Below the pieces are notes generated by a model. The model was not told where the DNA came from. It saw only the letters and a program-made list of their open reading frames with translations, and did no database searches. Source: Symploca sp. SIO2E6 (GTDB taxonomy: Bacteria; Cyanobacteriota; Cyanobacteriia; Cyanobacteriales; Coleofasciculaceae). From it: a DNA stretch of 64,000 bases. The first letter of the stretch is position 1; the number at the start of each line of letters is the position of its first letter. This document shows positions 8,709 to 19,454 of the stretch, in pieces. Made by a program: the position numbers and the translations under genes. Where the stretch lies: contig JAAHGR010000028.1 of the NCBI GenBank assembly GCA_010672425.1, positions 3,260-67,259 on the forward strand. Reading direction: 5' to 3'.

Positions 8709-10058
8709 ATGTTTTCCCCCAAAGACCCACAAAAGGAATTAGAGCAAGCAGGAAATCAAGCAACCCAAGAGGCAGTGCAGTCAATGACGGCTTCTCTGTT
8801 TACGTTATTAGAGACAGTACGAACGTTAGACAAGGAACGCACTCAAAACGGTGAGGCTAAGACCAATGGAGCAACCTCACAAGCCAAGCCCATTGAGATT
8901 ACATTGGGCGATGAAGTGGTCTATCAAGAGGATGCTCATGGAGCCTATGCCAATACTCTGAGCTTGGGAGAGGTTGATTTTTTGAGTAATGCCCTCAAAC
9001 ACTCGCCAGGTGAAAAGGTCAGTGAAGAGGAGCCGTCTGCCAGTATCATGATTGGCAATCGCCAGGTTTTTGCTCTCGAAAAGGGAGTTGTCACAGTCAA
9101 TGAGTTGCAGGGAGAAGCTCAACAAAGACAGAATGACCTTGAGAGCTTGCTTACCACCCAACCTGCTCTCAATGGAAACAATGGTAATGGACTTTACCCT
9201 ATTCCACAAGCAGGGGGTGCTGTGCCAGTTACTATCCAAGAACCCCTTACCTTCCAGGTGCAGCGTGTTCGGGAGCAACCTCCCTCCATCTTGGAGCGGT
9301 TGGAGAATACCAGTTGGCTGACTGCTCCGGCAAAGAGAGAGAAATGGATGAAGATGCCGCTTACGCAACGGCTATCGGCAGCAGTAGCAGAGCGTTTTAC
9401 TACAGTTCGCCGCCAGCAGGTAGCAGATGTGGCAATCGACCTGCTCCAAAAATACGGTAATCGTGAGGGAAAACAATTTGTTCACCAGACCGAAGGCTAT
9501 ATCCTGAAAGGGCAAGGCAACATGGTCATGGTGCATGACCATGAAGGGCGAGAGCTGTTGTTTCTCCAAACTCGTGCGATGGGATTGCCAAAGGTAAGAG
9601 GCTACTATCTTACCCCTCAGCAGGAACAGGATTTTTTGCAGGTTCGCCAGCGGATTAAACAGTTTGGTCTGAGTCGTTTTTCCAAAGATCCCTTGATTCG
9701 CTCAAAACAGTTGGGAAACCTCACACCAGCAGGAGACTTGAAATTAACCGAAGACCTCAAAGGACTGGCTGTGGTTGATGTCGCACGACGGCTGCTGGAC
9801 GTTAGCGGCAGTGTAGCAGATCGTAGCGGCAAACGGGTGCTTGAGGGGAGTCAATATCGAATTGAACAATCACCGCAGGGGTTGACAATCGAAACCAAAG
9901 ATAGGGGAGAGATTCTTAGCCTCAACAACGGTAAGCTCACCTCAAAACTCACCTCTCAAGATGTGCGGCATTTTATCTTTGTGGCAAAAGAGTTAAGCCG
10001 TGAGTTGAAACAGATTCAGTCGGTTTCAAACACCAAAATTCAGCAGATGCAGCGTTAA
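8709..10058 (+). CDS. Hypothetical protein (449 aa)
   Basis: Long ORF, AGGAG upstream of the ATG. No recognisable motif. Confidence 0.55.
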   Translation: MFSPKDPQKELEQAGNQATQEAVQSMTASLFTLLETVRTLDKERTQNGEAKTNGATSQAKPIEITLGDEVVYQEDAHGAYANTLSLGEVDFLSNALKHSPGEKVSEEEPSASIMIGNRQVFALEKGVVTVNELQGEAQQRQNDLESLLTTQPALNGNNGNGLYPIPQAGGAVPVTIQEPLTFQVQRVREQPPSILERLENTSWLTAPAKREKWMKMPLTQRLSAAVAERFTTVRRQQVADVAIDLLQKYGNREGKQFVHQTEGYILKGQGNMVMVHDHEGRELLFLQTRAMGLPKVRGYYLTPQQEQDFLQVRQRIKQFGLSRFSKDPLIRSKQLGNLTPAGDLKLTEDLKGLAVVDVARRLLDVSGSVADRSGKRVLEGSQYRIEQSPQGLTIETKDRGEILSLNNGKLTSKLTSQDVRHFIFVAKELSRELKQIQSVSNTKIQQMQR

Positions 10059-10204
10059 TTTGCTTTGTCATTTTATCAGGGTGCTGGCCAAACCAATCTT
10101 TTCATTACCAAGTTGATAGTTATAAAAAAAAATCAACCAAGCATCTCATAACTCTTTCTCTTCTTCCTTAAAACGATTACAATAACTGTAACGAAAGACG
10201 CAGT

Positions 10205-10492
10205 ATGTCAGCAACGAATCAAATATCCCGCCAACCATTTATTGTCACAGAGAATCATCCTCGAACTATCTCAATTGTCTTTGATGGAGTAGAAGTTCAT
10301 CGCATCGAAGATGGAGTTGACACCTTCATGATTGCCGGATTTACAAAGTACTACACGCCAGAGGTAATTCAACAATTTTGGGATGAAGAATTAGTCCTTG
10401 AACTGTTCCCCAAGCTAAACCTTATGACCGTCAATCGCTTACCTATTCCTCAGACAATCAAAGAACCTGTAATCTATGATAACCTCAACTAA
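10205..10492 (+). CDS. Hypothetical small protein
   Basis: 95-aa ORF overlapping the start of the downstream giant gene by 17 nt, which suggests coupling. Confidence 0.45.
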   Translation: MSATNQISRQPFIVTENHPRTISIVFDGVEVHRIEDGVDTFMIAGFTKYYTPEVIQQFWDEELVLELFPKLNLMTVNRLPIPQTIKEPVIYDNLN

Positions 10493-13400
10493 AGAGGAGC
10501 TGGTTGAATATTTTTCAGACAAACTTTTCACAAGTGTTTTTACAAACAACCAGCCGTTTAATTCCATCATTGATGCTCGAAAGAGTGCAGAGGTGTTCCT
10601 TAGAGAGCGTGTTGTTTCAGGGACACCACTTGCCAAACAAGTTGATGAGGCGATTGAGGCAGGGGTAGTTCGTGCGGCAAGAAAGTTAATTGAGGATTCC
10701 TCAACTCCCCAACAAACATACGAGCGTCTCGTAAAACTCTATGAACAACAACCAGCCTTAAATGTTCGCACCTCAACCAGTGTATCTCAACAAGCCTACA
10801 GCACCCCCACTCCCATAGCCTACCTTGCTACTACCTTAGCTGGCATCAATGAAAACAGTTTGGTCTACGAGCCGAGTGCTGGAAACGGCTCTCTGCTTAT
10901 TGGAACAAACCCAGAGAAAGCCACCGTCAATGAACTAAATCCCGACCGCGCAGCAGCACTGAGAGCACAAGGCTTCTCTGTCACAGAACAGGATGCAACC
11001 ACCTATGTGCCGGACACCCTGCATGATGTGGTGGTAATGAACCCTCCGTTTGGCAGTGTGAAAGAAGGTGATGGAAGAGCAAAGCAGTTTGCAAATGATT
11101 ATTACCGTACAACTCAGATAGACCATGCCATTGCCCTTAATGCGCTGAAAGCCATGAAGCCCGACGGGAAGGCAGTGCTGGTTGTTGGTAGCAGTCGAGG
11201 AATAGAGGAAGAGGAACGCTCAAACCGTTACAACTCTCGGCAAAATAGAAGTTTTTACCACACGCTGTACAAAAACTATAATGTCACCGAGCATTTTACC
11301 ATTTCAGGGAACTTGTATCGTAAGCAGGGAGCAGGATTTCCAATTGATGTAATTGTGATTGAAGGGCGCGGTAAATCCCATCGCTCTTTACCTGCGGTAG
11401 CAGTCCCTCGCATCTATAAATCATTTGACTCCTTAGGGGGATTTTTCAATGAGTTTTTACTATCCCAATCCAAACGTCTGGACACCACAAGAGGAGGCAC
11501 GTCTGCTGGCAGTATTAGTGCCAGAGGACGAGACAATGATAGAGAGCCAGGAGTTGTATCTGAATTATCTAGCACATCGGCTGGACTGGCTGATAGAGCA
11601 GTGGATGGAGAACTCGGAAGAATCTCAGAAGGAAGTGGAGCAGAGATTAGACCGGACAATAAGCGAGTTGACCCCATCTCAATCAACCCCATCAATGACG
11701 GACAACGAGACAGGGGAGACCATGCCAATTCCCGAATGGCGGCAGGCATGGGCAGAGGCGATAGTGTTTCACAACGGCATAATTCAGGAGAAATTGGGGT
11801 TGCTCGGAGTCGAGTTTCCCGTGAACGTGACCACAGACGAGGAGGAGAAGGAGTCACTGTTATGGATGTTCAAGAGCAGCAAGGAGATAGCAGAGCCAAC
11901 GCTGGAGGAGTGGTTAAGCAGTCTGACAGTCCATCTGCGGGAGGACTGGATGTAGCAGCAGCATCAAGCCAGGTTGCCTACATTCCCCACAGCAAAGGTC
12001 AGTCGGTAGGCTCTCTTGTACCTGTTAATATGCAGACTGCCATTGACCAGGCACTTGATAAGTTGGAGCAGAGGGTAGGGGCAGTTGATGAGTATGTGGC
12101 AGACCGCTTGCAGTATGGAAACAGCCAAAGGCTCCACCAATATTTTAGTGCTGAACAGGTCGATGCCCTAGCTCTTGCGATCGCAAATATCGAACAGAAA
12201 AGCGGCTTTGTAATCGGTGACCAGACAGGAATCGGCAAAGGTCGGGTAGGTGCAGGCATTATCCGATATGCCAAACTCTCTGGCAAAACCCCTATCTTTG
12301 TCACCAAAGACCCTGCACTCTATGCAGATATGATTCGAGACCTTGGTGATATTAATATGCCAGATTTTGAGGCATTTGTAACCAATCAAGACCTAAAAGC
12401 AATTCCACTGCCTGATGGTCGGATGCTAAAGACCTCAGCCAAAAGCCATCAGCGCAAGATGGATGAGATGCAAAAAAACGGTAGTCTTGACTCGTATGAC
12501 GGGATTTTTACCACCTACTCGCAGATGCAAACGGTCAAGGGCAGAGAGACCCCACGGCGTGAGTTTTTGCGAACGTTTGCTCCAGATTCTATTATTATCC
12601 TGGATGAAAGCCATGAGGCAGGTGGTGATGCCAACCAAAAGCGCAAAGCATTGGCTGCACCCAATCGCGCTGACTTTGCCCGTGAACTCACTCAGCTAGC
12701 TTCTGGGGTTCTCTACAGTTCAGCCACCTATGCTAAACGTCCTGATGTGATGGATTTGTACCACCGGACAAATATGCGCTCAGCATTGCCAAACATGAGT
12801 GATTTATCTGAGCTGGTACAACGAGGTGGTATCCCCATGCAACAGGCACTTGCTACCACACTTACCCATGACGGGCAGTATACCCGCCGTGAACGCTCCT
12901 TTGAGGGAACCTCTTTTACCTCTGATGTTGTGCCAGTAAATAAGGAGAGTGCAGAGAATATCTCACTTATTATGCGCCGCATTACCGATTTTGATAAGCA
13001 TAAACAAAGAGGTATCAAGAAGCTGGACAAGGAGCTTAAGGCTGAAGCCAAAGCTGTGTCAAGCGATAGTGCTGTAGGCAAAGCAGGGGTGAGCAGCACC
13101 AATTTCACCTCTGTCATGCACAATTTGGTTGGTCAGATGCTTTTGAGCCTCAAAGCTGAAGCCACCGTAAACAAAGCACTTGAAGCGTTAGGTAAAGATG
13201 AAAAACCTGTCATTGCCCTCTCAAACACAATGGGTAGTTTTATCGGTGAGTATGCCGAGCAGCAGGAGCTACAACCTGGTGATGTCATTGATGCTGATTT
13301 TGGCGATCTGCTCAGACGTTACCTGGAACGCTCACGGGAGATCATGGTTGGCAGTCCCTATGGCAAAAAAGAGCGTCGCCGTTTGAGTGATGAAGAATTG

Positions 13401-16073
13401 GGTGCTGAGGGTGTGGCTGAGTACAATGCTATCTTGGAGCTTATTGATGATACAGACTTGAGCGGTATTCCGATAAGCCCGATTGACTACATAACACAGC
13501 GGCTTGCTGAGAAAGGGTATCAGGTGCGGGAGATTACCGGACGTGAGCATACTGTTGAGTATAATGCTGACGGCAGGGCACAGTACCAGAAACGCTCTGG
13601 TAGTGAACGCAGCAAAACAGCAGCAGTAAAGTATGTAGCTGATTTTAACAGCGGCAAGGTAGATGCCATTATCCTCAACCGCTCTGGCTCGACAGGAATT
13701 TCACTTCATGCCTCAGAGAAATTTACTGACCAGCGGCGCAGGCACATGATGATCACACAACCAGAGCTTGATATCAATCTGTTCATGCAAACATTAGGCA
13801 GGGTTCACAGAACCGGACAGGTTGTACCTCCAGCATTCTCTTTGCTGGTAGCCGATATTCCTGCTGAGAAGAGACCAAGTGCAGTGCTGGCAAAGAAGAT
13901 GGCATCTCTTAATGCCAACACCACAGCCGCTCGCAGCAGTGGCGCATCACTGGAAGAGATTCCTGACTTTTTTAACCAGTATGGCAATCAGGTTGTAGCG
14001 GATCTCATGACAGCCTATCCCACCGTTCATGAGCAACTTGGTTTCCCCTTGAAAAAAGCGGATGAGGGGCTTGAAACAGAAGATGCAGTTCGCAAGGTCA
14101 CGGGACGACTGCCACTGCTACCCCTTGCAGAACAGGAGCATATCTATGACCTAATTGAACATGAATACCGTGACCTGGTAGCACAGCAGACAGCCTTGGG
14201 TGAGTCCATCCTGGAGGCACAATCGCTTGATTTGGATGCTCAAACAGTTGCCAAAATGAAGGTTGAACCTGCCGACCCTGGCAGCACCTCTCCTTTTACG
14301 GGTGCTGTGTATTTGGAGGTAGTTGATGCCAAAACACAGCGAAAGCCTTATACAACGCTTGAAGCGGTAAACAAAGTGAGGCAAAATCTTGACTTATCTG
14401 CTCTTAAGCGATTGCCAAAAGATTATGATTTTGGGGAGCTTGAGAATTTAGGACAAGAACAGACGGACACGCTGCTTTCAGAGCTTTCTGAGCAGGTAGA
14501 GCAGTATAAAGCCCATCTTGAGGCAACCGTAAAGCCCGCAGCCTTTGAACGAGCTATTCGCAACCTTGAGTATCAGCTTCCCTTTGTTAGACAAGCATTG
14601 ACAGAGTTTCCAGTGGGTACAACCGTTAGGCTTAGAACCAACAGAAGCGACCAGACACTCTTTGGTGTGGTTAATCGGGTGCGGCGCATCGGCAATGAGA
14701 AGGGAAATCCGGCAGCTCCTTCTTCATGGAAGATGCAATTTCTGCTAGCTGATGGGGCACGGGAGATTACAGTACCCCTCTCACAGCTTAATACAAGTGG
14801 TGAGAACGCAATTACAGTTACTCCATTTAATGATGCAGAGCTTGCCTACAGCCTCTTTGACAAGCACCGTGGACGCGCTCGTGAGGAGCGGCAGATTTTT
14901 ACAGGCAATCTCCTTCGAGCCTTTGGGAAGTTTCCCAATACTCAGGTTATCAATTATACCGACTGCTACGGAAATACACGCACTGGACTTCTGACCAAGC
15001 AAGACTTTGATATTGGGAAAGCTCTGGAGGTACAGCCCGTACAGATGCGCTCGGTGGAGGAGGCAGCAAAGGTGCTGCGCTCAGGGTATGGCTATGGACA
15101 ACTGCAAACATTGGATCGTCTGCTTACCGTAAAATCAAGAGGTAGAGGAGATGAGTATGTGCTGCAAACTCCAAAAGCCAAGGCGGTTGGGGGTAAGTAC
15201 TTTCTTGACTCTGACTTGCTGACAGCAGTTGAAAGTGATTTTGTCTCAGTTGACAAACGGATGGAGTGTGCTATTCCAGCAGATAGGTTAGAGCCTGTTC
15301 TCAAAGTAATTTATGATAATCAATGGAGGCTTGCAGCGTTTGAAGACCAAGCACAGGTGCGCTCTCAGCTTGGCATTGAACTGCCAGAGTTGCAGAAGGT
15401 AGAAGAACCAGCACCAGAGCCAACACAGAAGCTACCCTCTTCACCCTTGCCTTCTGAGAGTACACAGCGTAAACTCCCATTAGAGGTAGTAGACTCCACA
15501 GTTATCATGCAGCAGCAGTTAGATCGTGTAGCCCCTGCTACCGGAGACTATTATGCTGGTGCTCATGATAATCAGAAGACTGAAAACGTTTCCTTAGAGA
15601 AGCTTAGAAACTGGTATCGCGCAGCTCGTGATATGGAGTTAGGGCAGGAGAAGTTAAGCAGTATTCGCCAGATAGGGCTTGATGCGAAAGCTAGCGTTGC
15701 ACAAGGGCAGCAGCTTCAGCTCTCAGCCAAGTCGATTACAGCAATGGAGCAAGACTTGGAGCAGTACCAACAGTTTCAAGAGAGGGGGGAGGCGATAGCC
15801 CAGGCAGCGTCAGTGATTTTGAAAACTGTAGGGAAACAAACGGCTGGTGGTACTCGACATTTTAAGGGTAGTGTCTATGAGCTGACCAAAACACCAGATG
15901 CTCTCTCTGTAGTCAAACATCAGGGAGGGAAGACTCCAACCAAAATTTTAGAGATGAAAAATGGACAGCTTGAACGCAGCCAGGTGAGTAAGAGCGACTG
16001 CCAGAATTTTCTGCGTTTCGTTCAAACATTGCAAAAGTCAGTACCAACTCGTCAAGTCGATATTCAGCGGTAG
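10476..16073 (+). CDS. N6-adenine DNA methyltransferase fused to a strawberry-notch-like (SNF2-related) helicase, 1865 aa
   Basis: MTase motifs EPSAGNG and VVVMNPPFGS. Helicase motifs GDQTGIGKGR, IILDESHEAG and LGRVHRTGQ. Typical large conjugative-element protein. Confidence 0.8.
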   Translation: MITSTKEELVEYFSDKLFTSVFTNNQPFNSIIDARKSAEVFLRERVVSGTPLAKQVDEAIEAGVVRAARKLIEDSSTPQQTYERLVKLYEQQPALNVRTSTSVSQQAYSTPTPIAYLATTLAGINENSLVYEPSAGNGSLLIGTNPEKATVNELNPDRAAALRAQGFSVTEQDATTYVPDTLHDVVVMNPPFGSVKEGDGRAKQFANDYYRTTQIDHAIALNALKAMKPDGKAVLVVGSSRGIEEEERSNRYNSRQNRSFYHTLYKNYNVTEHFTISGNLYRKQGAGFPIDVIVIEGRGKSHRSLPAVAVPRIYKSFDSLGGFFNEFLLSQSKRLDTTRGGTSAGSISARGRDNDREPGVVSELSSTSAGLADRAVDGELGRISEGSGAEIRPDNKRVDPISINPINDGQRDRGDHANSRMAAGMGRGDSVSQRHNSGEIGVARSRVSRERDHRRGGEGVTVMDVQEQQGDSRANAGGVVKQSDSPSAGGLDVAAASSQVAYIPHSKGQSVGSLVPVNMQTAIDQALDKLEQRVGAVDEYVADRLQYGNSQRLHQYFSAEQVDALALAIANIEQKSGFVIGDQTGIGKGRVGAGIIRYAKLSGKTPIFVTKDPALYADMIRDLGDINMPDFEAFVTNQDLKAIPLPDGRMLKTSAKSHQRKMDEMQKNGSLDSYDGIFTTYSQMQTVKGRETPRREFLRTFAPDSIIILDESHEAGGDANQKRKALAAPNRADFARELTQLASGVLYSSATYAKRPDVMDLYHRTNMRSALPNMSDLSELVQRGGIPMQQALATTLTHDGQYTRRERSFEGTSFTSDVVPVNKESAENISLIMRRITDFDKHKQRGIKKLDKELKAEAKAVSSDSAVGKAGVSSTNFTSVMHNLVGQMLLSLKAEATVNKALEALGKDEKPVIALSNTMGSFIGEYAEQQELQPGDVIDADFGDLLRRYLERSREIMVGSPYGKKERRRLSDEELGAEGVAEYNAILELIDDTDLSGIPISPIDYITQRLAEKGYQVREITGREHTVEYNADGRAQYQKRSGSERSKTAAVKYVADFNSGKVDAIILNRSGSTGISLHASEKFTDQRRRHMMITQPELDINLFMQTLGRVHRTGQVVPPAFSLLVADIPAEKRPSAVLAKKMASLNANTTAARSSGASLEEIPDFFNQYGNQVVADLMTAYPTVHEQLGFPLKKADEGLETEDAVRKVTGRLPLLPLAEQEHIYDLIEHEYRDLVAQQTALGESILEAQSLDLDAQTVAKMKVEPADPGSTSPFTGAVYLEVVDAKTQRKPYTTLEAVNKVRQNLDLSALKRLPKDYDFGELENLGQEQTDTLLSELSEQVEQYKAHLEATVKPAAFERAIRNLEYQLPFVRQALTEFPVGTTVRLRTNRSDQTLFGVVNRVRRIGNEKGNPAAPSSWKMQFLLADGAREITVPLSQLNTSGENAITVTPFNDAELAYSLFDKHRGRAREERQIFTGNLLRAFGKFPNTQVINYTDCYGNTRTGLLTKQDFDIGKALEVQPVQMRSVEEAAKVLRSGYGYGQLQTLDRLLTVKSRGRGDEYVLQTPKAKAVGGKYFLDSDLLTAVESDFVSVDKRMECAIPADRLEPVLKVIYDNQWRLAAFEDQAQVRSQLGIELPELQKVEEPAPEPTQKLPSSPLPSESTQRKLPLEVVDSTVIMQQQLDRVAPATGDYYAGAHDNQKTENVSLEKLRNWYRAARDMELGQEKLSSIRQIGLDAKASVAQGQQLQLSAKSITAMEQDLEQYQQFQERGEAIAQAASVILKTVGKQTAGGTRHFKGSVYELTKTPDALSVVKHQGGKTPTKILEMKNGQLERSQVSKSDCQNFLRFVQTLQKSVPTRQVDIQR

Positions 16074-16085
16074 ACAAACTCCACC

Positions 16086-16292
16086 CTATGACCCTGAGCG
16101 AGTCTTGCTGCTTTTGAGATCGCCAACCATCACGATAAGCTCGGTTAGGCTGTTGTCTAACTCTTCCCCCAAAGCCTCTTGTGCATAAGGGCTTTGCTCC
16201 CTTGCAAGTCTTTGGGCGAGTACTTTTATTGACTCTAATTGTTGATACAACAACAAGAGATTTTTGTCAACACTAAAAGGAGGATTAGCCAT
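16086..16292 (-). CDS. Hypothetical small protein (weak call)
   Basis: 68-aa ORF. Its ATG shares the CATG with the divergent DUF488 start. Confidence 0.25.
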   Translation of the reverse strand: MANPPFSVDKNLLLLYQQLESIKVLAQRLAREQSPYAQEALGEELDNSLTELIVMVGDLKSSKTRSGS

Positions 16293-16713
16293 GAATAAGT
16301 TTTTTACTATCGGCTACGGTGGCAGAAAGCCAGAGGAGCTTCTGCAATTACTTTCTGACAACAGCGTAAAAGCAATTGTTGATGTAAGATTACGTCCTGA
16401 TAAGGCACACATGGGTTCTTTTGTTAAGGCAAAATCAGCAGAGAAGGGTATTGAGCGGCTTTTGTCCACAGGTGGAATTGAGTATTACTCGCTGGTGGAG
16501 TTGGGAAATGTGTTCATGGACTACTGTGATTGGCGTGAACGCTACGCCACACTTCTGGAGCAGACAAAAGACCTTTTGGTAGCCAGATTGGACGGCATTC
16601 CCACACCTTTTTGTCTCATGTGTGCAGAAAAGAGAGTCTCTGAATGTCATCGCAAACAGATTGCCGAGCATCTCTGCTCTTTGTATGGCTACACGGTTGA
16701 ACACATTGAATGA
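16291..16713 (+). CDS. DUF488 family protein
   Basis: AAGGAGG Shine-Dalgarno before the ATG at 16291. N-terminus [18 protein letters not shown]...VDVRLRP is characteristic of DUF488. Confidence 0.7.
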   Translation: MNKFFTIGYGGRKPEELLQLLSDNSVKAIVDVRLRPDKAHMGSFVKAKSAEKGIERLLSTGGIEYYSLVELGNVFMDYCDWRERYATLLEQTKDLLVARLDGIPTPFCLMCAEKRVSECHRKQIAEHLCSLYGYTVEHIE

Positions 16714-16895
16714 GAGTGTTTTCTATCACGCAAAAATCCCCCTCGGCAAACCTCAGTTTCAGCGAAGTACAAGCGAGGGGTGGAACTTGGTATGTTGTTC
16801 GGATGCATCTCTTGAGAAGTTTGGCTATTTGAGTTAGGCTTCTTTACCTTGGAGTAATGCTAGAGATGCCACACTAGTCCTAAATGGCTGGAGTT

Positions 16896-17654
16896 CTAAG
16901 CCTTGTCAACTTCTTCTTTTGCTATTTTTTTCTTGTTCATTGCTACCCCTATTCCTATGGCGGTTAGCGTTCCCAGAATAGAGGTAGGTTCGGGGACTGA
17001 CTTGGTTGAGGTAATCTTAGTCGGTTGAAAATTTATATTATCGATTGAAAATACATCTTTAGCGACTAGATCCACAAATAGTAAATTTGTCAAATTTTGA
17101 TTTTTAGATAAAATTTGAGTTGAAATGGACTGAGGAGAAGAGAGGGTAGCCGCAATAATAGGTTTCTCTATTTCAAAGTTATCTTCTCCTGTTGGGTCTA
17201 AAAACGATGAGTTTGTGGAATTTCCAGGCGACAATTGGTTGAAAGAGGGAATGGACGAAATAATGTTACCTATCCTCAAGCTAACAGAACCTTTTAAATC
17301 TAGGCTTAATAAATCAAAGGGATTTAGTACACCATCTCCCTCAGGATCGTAAGTCATTCTAATTTCTGCATCTCCAGCATGAGGATTTAGCAATCTAGGT
17401 GTATCATCTGGAATAGGAAATGAAATATCATCAGGATTTTCTGGACTAAGGTGATAATGATTATATACAAGAGGTTTGAATGTCATACCATCTTCAACAT
17501 AACAAGGTATAACGTCACCATTTGTTAGTTCAGTACAAGCAAAAGTAAAAGGGGCAGGAAAAGGTTCATTAAAATCAATAGTCGTCGCAACCGAGGGTGT
17601 TGTTGCAGCTACAGTTCCTAAGACGATTACCCCTGCTAACCAATCGCGTTTCAT
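16896..17654 (-). CDS. PEP-CTERM-anchored secreted protein
   Basis: Signal peptide MKRDWLAGVIVLGTVAATTPSVA. C-terminal VPEPTSILGTLTAIGIGVAMNKKK sorting signal. Confidence 0.7.
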   Translation of the reverse strand: MKRDWLAGVIVLGTVAATTPSVATTIDFNEPFPAPFTFACTELTNGDVIPCYVEDGMTFKPLVYNHYHLSPENPDDISFPIPDDTPRLLNPHAGDAEIRMTYDPEGDGVLNPFDLLSLDLKGSVSLRIGNIISSIPSFNQLSPGNSTNSSFLDPTGEDNFEIEKPIIAATLSSPQSISTQILSKNQNLTNLLFVDLVAKDVFSIDNINFQPTKITSTKSVPEPTSILGTLTAIGIGVAMNKKKIAKEEVDKA

Positions 17655-18331
17655 AAATACTTTCCTTAACCATCGAAAATGCCATAGCACTTAGAGGCTG
17701 TTTGTAAACAATTGTTAAGAGCTAAATTGAGAGGCTAAGAGTTGTTTTAGCATCAGACGAACCATACTTTCAATGACAGCATTACTGAGTTTTGCGCCCT
17801 TTACATTTCTTTGTAAACAGTCTCTTATTGGCTATTTTTTATTAAACATCTTTGAAAGAATATTTTCTGTAAATTTTGAATGAAGTATTTGTTTTTTTTG
17901 TGAAGATTCAATGAAGGAAGCAATAGCTTCACTTTGAGAGTGCTTCTACCTCCATGCCTTAGCTTTACAATGTAGTTCCTCTACCTCTTCTTGAGTAAAG
18001 ACTTGAGCTATGTCTGCTGTGTTGAGGATAGATTGTAGCTCCTTAGACCATTCTCCATAACTTGACTGTCCGATTACCCCATCAGAGGTTTGCACATAAT
18101 CAACCAACACCAAGGGATTGAGCTTAAAACCCTCTGGTCTCCATACTATTCAGCAAGTTGTTACTATCTTCCAACTCTGCAAAATAGAAAAATTTAAATA
18201 TCCGTCTTCATAGAATTTTTAAGCAGACTTATACCAACTTTACAATTATTTACTTTATAATCCAGGGAAAGACCATTCCAGGGATTTATGCGCTACCGCC
18301 TCCTTTTAAATTCCTACAAACCAAGAAAAAT

Positions 18332-18430
18332 ATGAATGGCACAAGAAGACTTTTTACTGTATTGAGTAGTGCTGTTTTAGCAAGTACATTTCTGACAACA
18401 ACCCATGCTCAAGAAAGATTCCGTAAATAA
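18332..18430 (+). other. 32-codon mini-ORF encoding only a signal peptide (possible gene remnant)
   Basis: MNGTRRLFTVLSSAVLASTFLTTTHAQERFRK then a stop, 17 nt before the next gene. Confidence 0.25.
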
Positions 18431-18447
18431 GTACTTGTGAGGATTAG

Positions 18448-19374
18448 ATGATAAAAATTACTAGAAAAACCTTAGCTGTAGCTATTTCAACTCTTTCCAT
18501 TCTGCTGCCATGCAGTAAAGCAGTTGCAGCTACTTTCTCTCAAGCCGAAAATTTAGTAATTGATGATGCAGTTTTTGCCTATGATTTCGAGACGGTACAA
18601 AATGACACGATACAAGCGCTTCGAGGCTCAGATGCTACAAAGACATCTAACGTTGTCGTAGATGCAGTTGACCCAATTGAGAGAATATCTAATCAACATC
18701 TTCAAGCACCAACAGGTTCAGGATTTTCAAGTATAAACAGTAATACTCGTTTATCGGAGTCGATTTCTGAGTTCTCCTTCAGCATTTTTTACAATGATCG
18801 AGGCGATAACGGTAGAGACGGAAGTTCTACAAGTGCGGCAAGATTACTTTCAAGCTATAACGGTACTGGAGTAGCTCAAGAAGATGAAGTTGTTTTTGAT
18901 CTTCTCTCAAATGCAGGTAGACGTCTCCGCTTCGTAACAAAAGGAACTTCTGTATTTTCTTCAGAAGCAATTCCATTTCGGGATGAAATATGGCATCAGG
19001 CTGGGTTTGTTTTTGATAACGGTAGTCTGACGTTTTACTTTGATGGTTTACCATTAGGTGATTCTCGTATAATACCTGGCATCACTTCTATCTCAGCCCA
19101 AAGCTTTAATTGGTCTCTCTTAGAGGATGCTCGTCCTGTAAGTATCCTTTCTGAGTACTTCGATAGTGGAGATTATGATGAAGCTGCTCTTTGGTATCGG
19201 GCACTTTCTCCACAAGAAATGAACGCTTTATATACCCAAGGAGTTAATCAAGCCAGCATCGGCAATACTGAGGATAAAAGCGTTAATATTCCTGAGCCAA
19301 CCTCAATGTTCGCTTTAATTTTAATGGGTGGAATTTTGACAGCTTCCGCATTGCGTAAGGAAAATAATTCGTGA
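18448..19374 (+). CDS. LamG/concanavalin-like PEP-CTERM protein
   Basis: Signal peptide. WHQAGFVFDNGSLTFYFDG pattern of LamG-type lectin folds. C-terminal IPEPTSMFALILMGGILTASALRK. Confidence 0.65.
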   Translation: MIKITRKTLAVAISTLSILLPCSKAVAATFSQAENLVIDDAVFAYDFETVQNDTIQALRGSDATKTSNVVVDAVDPIERISNQHLQAPTGSGFSSINSNTRLSESISEFSFSIFYNDRGDNGRDGSSTSAARLLSSYNGTGVAQEDEVVFDLLSNAGRRLRFVTKGTSVFSSEAIPFRDEIWHQAGFVFDNGSLTFYFDGLPLGDSRIIPGITSISAQSFNWSLLEDARPVSILSEYFDSGDYDEAALWYRALSPQEMNALYTQGVNQASIGNTEDKSVNIPEPTSMFALILMGGILTASALRKENNS

Positions 19375-19454
19375 ATCGAGCAATGCTAATTAGTAACGCA
19401 CTTGAGTAGTATAAGAACGGAAAAGAAGGAAGTCTACGACTTAGGGAGAGCTGC

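Noticed and set aside
12728-13123. 131-aa antisense ORF, plus several other 60-100-aa ORFs inside the giant MTase-helicase gene
   Set aside because: All are nested in a gene with continuous helicase motifs and have no independent support.
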